Source: Hyphomicrobiaceae bacterium (GTDB lineage: Bacteria > Pseudomonadota > Alphaproteobacteria > Rhizobiales > Hyphomicrobiaceae). From it: a DNA stretch of 64,000 nucleotides. The stretch covers positions 1,145-65,144 of the forward strand of contig JBGTIU010000202.1 of assembly GCA_041745515.1 (NCBI GenBank), written 5' to 3'. Position numbers and translations under genes: made by a program. Positions 1 to 8,963 of the stretch are shown here, piece after piece (position 1 is the first letter of the stretch; the number at the start of each line of letters is the position of its first letter). A model generated the notes under the pieces. That model did not search any database and was not told the DNA's origin. It was given only the letters and a program-made list of their open reading frames with translations.

Positions 1-2
1 AG

Positions 3-284
3 ATTAGCGAGCCGCCATCGATCGATGCGCGGAACAGTTTGCTGCGCATCAAGGGTTTTTTTCCTGGCCAACCCGTCAGGGTCGATTTCGAGGTACTCTA
101 TCAGCCCGTCGGCGGTCGGTGGCGCGTGTTCGGCCTGGCCGTAAGCCCGGCTTCCGCGGGACCCGCCCCAGCGAGCCAACCGTCCGGGCCGCAACCCGAA
201 TCTGCGCAGGGGGCCGATAAGCAGCCGGCGCCCAAGACCAACACCGCTCCTTTGGTCAAAAAAAATGAGCCTACGAAAAAATAA
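3..284 (+). CDS. C-terminal fragment of a protein whose start lies left of the window; it ends in a Pro/Ala/Gln/Lys-rich tail. Function unknown.
   Basis: The frame is open from the window edge (ISEPPSIDARNSLLRIKGFFPG...) to the stop at 282-284. No motif recognised. Confidence 0.4.
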   Translation: MSEPPSIDARNSLLRIKGFFPGQPVRVDFEVLYQPVGGRWRVFGLAVSPASAGPAPASQPSGPQPESAQGADKQPAPKTNTAPLVKKNEPTKK

Positions 285-334
285 CGACTGCAAATGTCGC
301 GCTTCCAAGGCCAGCAGCTATCGTCGACGATGAC

Positions 335-1678
335 TTGAGCGCACGAACAGCGAGCTTCAATCTGCCGACCACCCCTTCAACATCATCGTACATCACCTTG
401 TCGACGGTATTCTCGCACCTGGTCCGCCTGGTTCATGTGGAAGCGCAGGAACGGCGCGCGCTGCTGTGGTCGGCTGCTTACTTCTTCTGCGTGTTGTCGG
501 CCTACTACATCGTTCGACCGATCCGCGAGGAAATGGGCGTACGGGTCGGCCGCGACGGCCTTTCGGCGCTGTTCTCCGTGGTGTTCTTCGTGATGCTCGC
601 GGCCGTACCGCTGTTCGGCTGGGTCGCTACGCGGTTCGAGCGACGCAGGATCGTTCCGATCGTCTACGTCTTCTTCATCTTCAATCTTCTCGTGTTCTGG
701 GCGTTGTTCACCGCAGGCTTGGACAGCGTGCTGATCGCCGCTGCGTTTTTTGTCTGGGTGAGTGTATTCAACCTGTTCGTTGTCTCGCTGTTCTGGAGCT
801 TCATGTCCGACCTGTGGACCAGCGGCCAGGCGACGCGGCTCTACGGGTTCATAGCGGCAGGCGGCAGCGCGGGTGCCATCTGCGGGCCACTGATCACACA
901 GACGCTTGTCAAGGCGCTCGGACCGACCAATCTGCTGCTGGTGTCGTGCGCATTGCTGATCGGGGCACTTGGCTGCGTCGCGGGTCTGCGGCATGCCGAA
1001 CGTCATGTTGAGGCACGCGACGATTCCAAAGGGAGTCCGAACTTGCGCGATCTGATCGGTGGCGCGGTGAATGTCTGGCGCTCGGCCTACCTGTTTCGCA
1101 TTGCGCTGGTCGTGCTGCTTGCGAACCTGATTTCCACCTACTTTTACTTCGAGCAGAACCGCATCGTCGGCGCGACGTTGAGCGATTCGGCCGCCCGCGT
1201 TCAGTTGTTCGCGCGCATGGACCTTGCCGTCAGTTTTCTGACCATCCTCGCCCAGATTCTGCTGACCGGTTCGATGATGCAACGCCTCGGCGTCGGCTTC
1301 ACCGCCGCTGCATTGCCGCTGACTGTCGTCATCGGTCTGCTTGCGATCGCAGCGTCGCCGACGCTTGGCGTCATCGTCGTGGTCGTGGTCATCGAACGGG
1401 CGGTCGCGTTTGCGTTCGCGAATCCGGCGTTCCGCGTGCTGTGGACGGTGGTCCAGCCTGAAGACAAGTACAAGGCTCAGAATTTCGTCGATACTGTTGT
1501 CTACCGCGGTGGAGACGCGGCCAGTGGCTGGCTGTTCAACGAAATCGCGAAGAGCCTCGGGCTGTCGATGACGACGGTCGCGCTGGTGACGTTACCACTG
1601 GCCGGCTGGTGGCTTTGGCTGGCGCTCCTGCTGGGCCGGGATCACGGGAAGTTGGCACAATCGCAAGCGACGAAATAG
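335..1678 (+). CDS. MFS-type membrane transporter resembling the TLC / ATP:ADP antiporter-like (Npt) family
   Basis: Multi-TM hydrophobic protein with the N-terminal motif AAYFFCVLSAYYIVRPIREEMG typical of TLC-like carriers. The start is ambiguous: TTG at 335 or TTG at 398. Confidence 0.7.
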   Translation: MSARTASFNLPTTPSTSSYITLSTVFSHLVRLVHVEAQERRALLWSAAYFFCVLSAYYIVRPIREEMGVRVGRDGLSALFSVVFFVMLAAVPLFGWVATRFERRRIVPIVYVFFIFNLLVFWALFTAGLDSVLIAAAFFVWVSVFNLFVVSLFWSFMSDLWTSGQATRLYGFIAAGGSAGAICGPLITQTLVKALGPTNLLLVSCALLIGALGCVAGLRHAERHVEARDDSKGSPNLRDLIGGAVNVWRSAYLFRIALVVLLANLISTYFYFEQNRIVGATLSDSAARVQLFARMDLAVSFLTILAQILLTGSMMQRLGVGFTAAALPLTVVIGLLAIAASPTLGVIVVVVVIERAVAFAFANPAFRVLWTVVQPEDKYKAQNFVDTVVYRGGDAASGWLFNEIAKSLGLSMTTVALVTLPLAGWWLWLALLLGRDHGKLAQSQATK

Positions 1679-1743
1679 TCACAGCCAGAAGATGAGTTCG
1701 AGACGGCCGTATTTGCTGAACAGTTGCCGAATATGCTAGCCCG

Positions 1744-2889
1744 ATGACTGAAGAGGGCAATCGAGTTGGTTCGCTGATGCGCGCACGACAAGCTTTGTGT
1801 TTTTCGATGGCAGCATGCTGTCTGCTCACCGGTGCGCCAGCACAGGCCGGGCCGACGCTGCTGTTCGATGTGTCGAACGGCGCGGTGCTCTATGCCGAGG
1901 ACCAGGACAACTTGTGGCACCCGGCGTCGCTCACCAAGATCATGACCGCCTACCTGACTTTCGAGGCGTTGAAGGCGGGGAAACTGACGCTCGAAACCAA
2001 GCTTGCGGTCAGCGAAGCTGCCCACGCGCAGCCCCCGAGCAAGATCGGCCTGCCCGTAGGCGGCAGCCTGACCGTCGATCTCGCCCTGAAAGCACTGGTC
2101 ATCAAGTCCGCCAATGACGTCGCGGTGATGTTAGCCGAGGCAATCAGCGGCACCGAGGGCGAGTTCATTGCGAAGATGAATGCGACGGCCAAGCGGCTCG
2201 GCATGAACCGCACCAACTTCGTCAATCCGAATGGATTGCCGGCGCCCGAACAGGTCACCACGGCGCGCGACCTGGCGAGGCTCGCCCGCGCCGTCGTCAA
2301 GGATTACCCAGAGCATATGGCGCTGTGGTCGATGGCCGACATGCGCATCGGCCGGCGGCGGCTGGGCTCGCATAACGGCCTGCTCAAGACCTACGAAGGC
2401 GCCGACGGTCTCAAGACCGGCTTCACCTGCGTCAGCGGCTACAACGTGGTCGCGAGCGCCACGCGAGACGGCCGCAGGCTGATGGCCATCGTGCTGGGCG
2501 AAAGCTCGGGCCGCGACCGCACGGTTCGCGCGCAAAGCCTGTTGGAGCACGGTTTCCAGACCAGCGCCTGGAAGTTCTTCTTCACCAAGACGGTGTCGAT
2601 CGACACCATGCCGGAAGCACCCGAGGTCAAATCGGTCGCCAGCGTGCGCCAATCGGTCGTGACCTGGGATTGCGGCGGCCGGGCTCGCGTGCGCACTGCT
2701 GCGGCCAAGCAGAAAACGCGGGTGGCGAAGACGGCCAAAGCTGCGAAAGCAACCGCAGCGGCCACTGTGACGGTTACCACCGCGCCCGCGGCTCAGGCCG
2801 GTGTCTCGGTGCAGGCATCCGTAGCGCCGAAGACAAAACCGAAGCCCAAGGCCGCTACCGCAGCTGCACCGGCCATAAAACCGCAGTGA
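1744..2889 (+). CDS. D-alanyl-D-alanine carboxypeptidase (peptidase S11, PBP5/6-like) with an Ala/Lys/Pro-rich C-terminal tail
   Basis: SxxK (SLTK), SxN (SAN) and KTG (KTGFT) motifs in the right order and a signal-like N-terminus. An alternative start is the ATG at 1777. Confidence 0.9.
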   Translation: MTEEGNRVGSLMRARQALCFSMAACCLLTGAPAQAGPTLLFDVSNGAVLYAEDQDNLWHPASLTKIMTAYLTFEALKAGKLTLETKLAVSEAAHAQPPSKIGLPVGGSLTVDLALKALVIKSANDVAVMLAEAISGTEGEFIAKMNATAKRLGMNRTNFVNPNGLPAPEQVTTARDLARLARAVVKDYPEHMALWSMADMRIGRRRLGSHNGLLKTYEGADGLKTGFTCVSGYNVVASATRDGRRLMAIVLGESSGRDRTVRAQSLLEHGFQTSAWKFFFTKTVSIDTMPEAPEVKSVASVRQSVVTWDCGGRARVRTAAAKQKTRVAKTAKAAKATAAATVTVTTAPAAQAGVSVQASVAPKTKPKPKAATAAAPAIKPQ

Positions 2890-2913
2890 CAGCGGTACTC
2901 CGGACAGTTCAGT

Positions 2914-3549
2914 CTAATCGATCGGCGCCTTCTGGGGCATGAGCGCGTTGTCGATCTCGTCGGCTCGCTTTGCGGCTGGTCGCTCGCTGATGCGACCCCA
3001 GTAGCGCTCGAAAGCCGGACGCTTCTCGATGGTGCCGAACATCATGCCCCAGCCGAGCTGGGAGCCGACATAGACATCGGCGGCGGTGAAGCTGTTGCCA
3101 ACGATGTACTCGCGATCCGCGACCGCGCCCTCCAGCGCGTTCATCACGTCGGCGAAGCTGCCGTAACCGGCCATCGCCCGCTTGTCGTCCGGCACCTCGA
3201 ATCCGAACGCCTTGTTGGTCACCGCGGCCTCGACCGGGCCGGCAGCGAAAAACATCCAGCGATAGTAGGCCCCGCGCAGCCGGTCGCCGGGCGGCGGCGC
3301 CAGCCCCGCCTTGGGAAACACGTCGGCGAGATAGGCGCAGATCGCGGCACATTCCGTCACCAGCGTATCGCCATGCCGGATCGCCGGCACCTTCCCCATG
3401 GGATTAATCGCCAGATAGGCCGGCGCCTTCATGGTGGTGCCGTAGTCGAGCAGTTCGGTGCGATAGGGCTGGCCGAGTTCCTCCAGCATCCAGCGGACGA
3501 CACGGCCGCGCGACATCGGATGCGTGTAAAAGACGATATCGTCCGGCAT
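2914..3549 (-). CDS. Glutathione S-transferase family protein
   Basis: GST N-terminal fold signature (FYTHPMSRGRVVRWMLEELG...INPMGKVPAI) plus a helical C-terminal domain. The start is trimmed to the ATG at 3549 (MPDDIVFY); the upstream extension in the ORF track is not GST-like. Confidence 0.85.
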   Translation of the reverse strand: MPDDIVFYTHPMSRGRVVRWMLEELGQPYRTELLDYGTTMKAPAYLAINPMGKVPAIRHGDTLVTECAAICAYLADVFPKAGLAPPPGDRLRGAYYRWMFFAAGPVEAAVTNKAFGFEVPDDKRAMAGYGSFADVMNALEGAVADREYIVGNSFTAADVYVGSQLGWGMMFGTIEKRPAFERYWGRISERPAAKRADEIDNALMPQKAPID

Positions 3550-3640
3550 TGTACTGTCTCCGCGAGGGCATGATTGGCGAAAACCCCAGTCAAAATCGGC
3601 AATGTGGCGAGGTGTTGCACATGGACGGTTGGACGCTCGA

Positions 3641-4039
3641 TCAGCCTTCCGTATGCGTCTCAAAGTCGGCAGGCAGCACGATCTCGAGAACCTCGCAGTC
3701 ATCCGAATAGTCGACAACGCGGTGGCGGATTTTCGGCGGCTGCATCCAGCTCGAGCCGGCGACCATCTTTTCGGGCGAGTGACCTTCCATCTCAGGCACG
3801 ATCCAGCCTCTCAGCACATACACCATCTGGAACTCGATATCGTGGGTGTGCCAGCCGCGGGCTTCGTCGGAGCACGGCTGTACGAACCGGATCACATGCG
3901 CGACCGCCCTGCCTTGCGTCGCCGCCGCAAATCCGAGATCGCGATACTTAGCGTAGCTGCGCAGTCCTACCTTGAATTCAGCCTCGTCGAGGTGGCTGAA
4001 TGCAAACTGTTGCAGTTTTGTGGCGGTGATCGTTGGCAT
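3641..4039 (-). CDS. Cupin domain protein
   Basis: Cupin His motif region WHTHDIEFQMVYVLRGW. The ATG at 4039 is preceded by GGAGAAAGGAG. Confidence 0.75.
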   Translation of the reverse strand: MPTITATKLQQFAFSHLDEAEFKVGLRSYAKYRDLGFAAATQGRAVAHVIRFVQPCSDEARGWHTHDIEFQMVYVLRGWIVPEMEGHSPEKMVAGSSWMQPPKIRHRVVDYSDDCEVLEIVLPADFETHTEG

Positions 4040-4163
4040 GAGTGCTCCTTTCTCCATCAACTGGCCGGTGCGGCGGCGGAACGGCACGGCGCCACATTGG
4101 CGAATTCGGCAATGGTGCGGCGCCATCTAGACCGGTGCAACTGTGCGGTCAGCGAGCGGCAAA

Positions 4164-4400
4164 TCAAACCAACAGTTCGAGTGGCTTCAGGTCCTGAGCC
4201 GGGCAACCGGAGGGGCGGCTGTTCAGAGCTGGTGGTCTAATTGGCCTGGCCGGCTCGACAAGGATGCCCGGGAACGACGGCTCGGTCGGCGCCTGTGCCT
4301 CCGTCTGCACCGTCGATGGCGGTACCACAGTGGCATCTTTCTCGCTTGCCAAAACCGCACCGAGCAGCAGCATCGCGCAACTCGAAGCCGCTATCGTCAC
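4164..4400 (-). CDS. Possible small secreted protein (about 78 aa), hypothetical
   Basis: GTG start at 4400 gives MTIAASSCAMLLLGAVLA, a signal-like N-terminus. No homology recognised and the RBS is weak. Confidence 0.3.
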   Translation of the reverse strand: MTIAASSCAMLLLGAVLASEKDATVVPPSTVQTEAQAPTEPSFPGILVEPARPIRPPALNSRPSGCPAQDLKPLELLV

Positions 4401-4598
4401 TTTCCATGTCCAGGACACGTCCGACCCTCCTTGCTGCCGTCGCAGGTACCCAAAATGGCCGTGGGTGACGATCGACTCATTCCTCGATCGGCAGAACCGT
4501 ATCAAATTGAAACAGCTCTTGGCAACGGAGCTGGTTCTGACGGTTGGCGCTATCCTTGCTTGTCTGGTTTGGCGGCGCAAAAAAAGGACCAACACGCG

Positions 4599-4832
4599 AT
4601 GACAGCAAGCCAAGTACCAAGTTGGCAGACCGAAGACGACGTGACACCGAGCCCGCGCGATGTGGAATACATGGCATGCGCACTCGAAGGTCGACACGGA
4701 TCACACGCGGTCGATGTAGCCGAGTTCTTCGCGTTGCTGCACGCCGAGAATAATGATGCCGGCAGAACCTGGGCATGGGCTGGTGTCGCCGAAATCGTTC
4801 GGCATCGCCAGCGCTTGCGCCTTCAAGAGTAA
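4599..4832 (+). CDS. Small hypothetical protein (77 aa)
   Basis: The ATG at 4599 is preceded by AAGGA at suitable spacing. The sequence (MTASQVPSWQTEDDV...AEFFALLHAENNDAGRTWAWAGVAEIVRHRQR) reads like a globular protein. The upstream part of the 229-aa ORF looks non-coding. Confidence 0.4.
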   Translation: MTASQVPSWQTEDDVTPSPRDVEYMACALEGRHGSHAVDVAEFFALLHAENNDAGRTWAWAGVAEIVRHRQRLRLQE

Positions 4833-4879
4833 CTCCAGACGCCTTGAATTACGCAAGACGCGGCAAAAGCTCGGGCGGA

Positions 4880-5542
4880 CTACATCGGCGTGCCGAGCAC
4901 CAACGTCCAGAACGTCTTGAACTCGGATTTGGGTTCTTGAACCAGCGCAATGCCCATGTGCTCCGCGTCCGCCAGCAGCAAGTTTTTGTTGTGACCGGGG
5001 CTGTCCTTCCAGCCTTTGAACACCTCTTCGATGTTGCTTTGGCCGGTACCGACGTTCTCCGCCGCTAGGCGCGCGTTATAGCCGCTGCGCTTCACGCGAT
5101 CCCACGGGTTCGAACCATCCGAACCGTAATGAGAGATGCGATCCCATTTGGCGAGATCTTTCGAATGAGCTTTTGCCGCGCTGCTCAACTCGATATTGAG
5201 TTTCAGCGGTTTCAACCCCTTCTCCTTGCGGTAGGCGTTGACCAGATCACGTGCGCGTTCCGCATCGAGCCTGGTTTGACCGTAGTCACGATCCGCCAGT
5301 GCACCGGGTGGCGCTTTCTCGAACGCCCCTTTTGGCGCCTGATCGAGAGCGGCAAACTTCTGCCCGGCAAGTGGTATCGGGCGATCGGCAGCCGGCTCGC
5401 CGCCCAGGGCCGTGGCATCGCTTCGTTTCGCCGCTACCGCTCTCGTCGGGGTGTCGACGAAGCCCGACGACAACGAGCTTGAGTTCAAGCTGCACCCAGG
5501 CAGCAGTATTGCCAGACACGCAGGCAGCACGACGCGATACAT
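4880..5542 (-). CDS. CAP/SCP (PR-1-like, YkwD-type) domain lipoprotein
   Basis: Lipobox LLPGC after the signal peptide. CAP-domain C-terminus (ISHYGSDGSNPWDRV...GWKDSPGHNKNLL). ATG at 5542 with GGGAG upstream. Confidence 0.8.
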   Translation of the reverse strand: MYRVVLPACLAILLPGCSLNSSSLSSGFVDTPTRAVAAKRSDATALGGEPAADRPIPLAGQKFAALDQAPKGAFEKAPPGALADRDYGQTRLDAERARDLVNAYRKEKGLKPLKLNIELSSAAKAHSKDLAKWDRISHYGSDGSNPWDRVKRSGYNARLAAENVGTGQSNIEEVFKGWKDSPGHNKNLLLADAEHMGIALVQEPKSEFKTFWTLVLGTPM

Positions 5543-5600
5543 AGAACTTACTCCCGCCAAGGTCCGAGCGGACCCACGCGACTAGATTCAACGAAACCGG

Positions 5601-5616
5601 TTAATGCGCCGTTAAC
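5601..5616. promoter_or_regulatory. Candidate CtrA box (TTAA-N7-TTAAC), 59-74 nt upstream of the CAP lipoprotein start
   Basis: Exact match TTAATGCGCCGTTAAC to the alphaproteobacterial CtrA full-site consensus, located in an intergenic region. Confidence 0.35.
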
Positions 5617-5759
5617 AGCAACGATCGGCTGAACCGAAACCCCAAGACGCGCTGATCGCAGTCCAACCCGCCGCTAGTGTCTCGCATTTGGCACGAAAAC
5701 CGTGACGCCAATTTGTCCGGCCAGCGGCATCGCGATGGCGAATGGGGCCGCGCATGCGC

Positions 5760-5786
5760 AAAAACGACCGATGCTGCAAGGGTCGG
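5760..5786 (-). terminator. Possible weak intrinsic terminator downstream of argG
   Basis: On the minus strand, CGACC-loop-GGTCG is followed by TTTTT. The stem is short (5 bp). Confidence 0.3.
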
Positions 5787-5806
5787 GGGCGCACGAGACG
5801 AGGTTC

Positions 5807-7054
<1,248 letters not shown>

Positions 7055-7265
7055 AGCTCGCCTCGTCCCTCGTTCGCGTCCGGCCGCACTATAGGTGGCG
7101 CTCGGAAGTGCGCAACAACGCCGTATGCCCGTCGCGAACTATTTTATCGTTGGCTTCGAACCTTTTACTCCAACGAGCCGACCTACCAGCAAGGCAGACG
7201 CGAAACGCTCGCACCCAAATGCAGATCAACCTGGCCAACTGCCCAGGCCACACCGGAGAATGTCA

Positions 7266-7505
7266 ATGTCAGCGCGTAAGATCACCATCGCCCTTGCCCT
7301 CGCCACAGCCGGTTTCATCGGTGTTGGCCTGGCGACCGCTACCCCATCCGAAGCCAAGCACAAACACGGCTTCCACGGCATCTACTTCGGCCACGTCGGC
7401 TTCTATGGTCCCCGCCATTTCCGCAGTCACGGCTATTATGAGCCCGCGTGTGGTTGGACATGGTCGCGCCGTTTCCACAAGACGGTCTGGCGCTGCTTCT
7501 ACTGA
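7266..7505 (+). CDS. Small secreted His/Gly/Tyr/Arg-rich protein (79 aa)
   Basis: GGAGAA lies 5 nt before the ATG at 7266. Signal peptide MSARKITIALALATAGFIGVGLATATPSEA. The mature part is KHKHGFHGIYFGHVGFYGPRHFRSHGYYEPACGW...RCFY. Confidence 0.5.
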   Translation: MSARKITIALALATAGFIGVGLATATPSEAKHKHGFHGIYFGHVGFYGPRHFRSHGYYEPACGWTWSRRFHKTVWRCFY

Positions 7506-7525
7506 GCCGCGTTCCTTACTCGAGA

Positions 7526-7615
7526 TTGCAAGTGGTGCCAGCGATTCGTGGGCTCGCGCCCTTCCCCCCCGTCCGGCCCGAGCACGCCCTCACCCCGGCC
7601 TGGTACCACTTGCAA
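7526..7615. repeat. About 90-nt imperfect palindromic element (long hairpin)
   Basis: Arms TTGCAAGTGGTGCCA (7526-7540) and TGGTACCACTTGCAA (7601-7615) are complementary at 14 of 15 positions. There is an inner stem CGTGGGCTCG/CGAGCACG and a C7-containing loop. Confidence 0.5.
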
Positions 7616-7672
7616 CACCCTTCGCCTCTCGCTTGACTGGACCGACTGGTTCAACCGAGGGGGCAAACCTTC

Positions 7673-8275
7673 ATGTCCAAACCGAAATTGCAGTTCTGGT
7701 ACGACTTCGCCTCAACCTATTCGTATCTCAGCGCAATGCGCATCGAGGCGTCGGCAAGCGCTGCCGGCGTGACGGTCGACTGGCGTCCGTTCCTGCTCGG
7801 TCCGATTTTCAAGGCGCAGGGCTGGACCACATCGCCGTTCAATTTTTATCCGGCCAAGGGCCGCTACATGATTCGCGATATCAAGCGCCTGTCGCACGAA
7901 CGCGGATTGGTTTTCCACATGCCGTCTGAGTTCCCCGTCAATGGCATCAAGGCGGCACGGCTGGCACTAGTCGGAAAATTCGAAGGCTGGATTGCTGCCT
8001 TCACGACAGCCATCTTTCGGGCCCAATTCGAGACTGCAGCGGACATCTCTGAGGACACTGTGCTTGAAACGGTGGCGGACGAGCTCGGCCTTGATTTTGC
8101 CAGACTTTCTGCACTTATTGCGAAACCTGACATCAAGGAGCGGCTACGTGCGCAGACCGCGCACGCTGGTCGAATCGGGATTTTTGGCGCACCGGTCTTC
8201 GTGACGCCGGACGACGAGCTTTTCTGGGGCGATGATCGGCTCGATCAGGCGCTTAAGTGGGTGCGCGCGTTGTGA
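7673..8275 (+). CDS. 2-hydroxychromene-2-carboxylate isomerase family protein (DsbA-like thioredoxin fold)
   Basis: N-terminus LQFWYDFASTYSYLS and C-terminus FGAPVFVTPDDELFWGDDRL are typical of HCCA isomerase/DsbA-family proteins. Confidence 0.85.
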   Translation: MSKPKLQFWYDFASTYSYLSAMRIEASASAAGVTVDWRPFLLGPIFKAQGWTTSPFNFYPAKGRYMIRDIKRLSHERGLVFHMPSEFPVNGIKAARLALVGKFEGWIAAFTTAIFRAQFETAADISEDTVLETVADELGLDFARLSALIAKPDIKERLRAQTAHAGRIGIFGAPVFVTPDDELFWGDDRLDQALKWVRAL

Positions 8276-8349
8276 ACAACTATTCATCACGCCGCCGTGT
8301 TTTCGTCCCTGCTTTCAATGCTATGGTTGAGTGGCATCAACCATTGGAG

Positions 8350-8757
8350 ATGAATGCCGTGAACAAGAAAATGACCATCTGGGGGGCGGGCCTGGCGGTC
8401 GCAACCGCTTCGCTCTGTCTGTTCGTCACGACCGCCGGCGCGCAGTTGTCGCCGGCGCCGAAAGCACAGACGACGCCTGCCGCTCCTGCCGCCAAGGCGC
8501 CTACACCCGCCACCAAGGCACCAGTCGAGAAGAAGGCGGCGTCGGTTTGCAAGGGTCTGGATGAAGCGGCCTGCAAGGCGAACACTGAATGCTCCTACAT
8601 CGTTCCGACGAAGGCCAATAAAGCTACGGGCAAGGTGCAATCCGCATATTGCAAGAAATCCAGTCCACCGCCAAAGGGCAAGAAGGCAGAGGCAAAGGCT
8701 CCAGCAACTGCCGCGCCAAAAGCTCCGCCAGCGCCGCCCGCTGCAAAAAAACCATAA
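8350..8757 (+). CDS. Secreted Ala/Pro/Lys-rich protein with a 4-Cys central module, hypothetical
   Basis: Signal peptide (MTIWGAGLAVATASLCLFVTTAGA), AP-rich linkers and the core CKGLDEAACKANTECSY...YCKK. The start could be 8350 or 8371. Confidence 0.6.
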   Translation: MNAVNKKMTIWGAGLAVATASLCLFVTTAGAQLSPAPKAQTTPAAPAAKAPTPATKAPVEKKAASVCKGLDEAACKANTECSYIVPTKANKATGKVQSAYCKKSSPPPKGKKAEAKAPATAAPKAPPAPPAAKKP

Positions 8758-8793
8758 CGATCTCTGCAGCGACACTTGCCGACCGATCGGAAG

Positions 8794-8833
8794 CAGGCTG
8801 CGGCGTCGACAGACGCCTGGCCTGTTTTCGTTT
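8794..8833 (+). terminator. Rho-independent terminator
   Basis: CAGGC-tgc-GGCGTC-gaca-GACGCC-tg-GCCTG followed by TTTTCGTTT, just after the stop at 8757. Confidence 0.6.
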
Positions 8834-8876
8834 CTGAGCGAGAAGCTCCTTCAGCCCCAAAGCTCTTCTTGCATTT

Positions 8877-8897
8877 AATATTTCATACCTAAATATT
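8877..8897. promoter_or_regulatory. Candidate operator: perfect 7-bp inverted repeat AATATTT-N7-AAATATT in the AT-rich promoter region of the aromatic acyl-CoA operon
   Basis: Seen directly in the sequence. It sits 67-87 nt upstream of the ATG at 8964, and a MarR-family gene lies in the same operon. Confidence 0.35.
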
Positions 8898-8963
8898 TAA
8901 GCTTGAAATATGCCCAGTACAGCATAAAGTTGCCGGCATCTTAACCGGGCATGGAGCCGCTGA

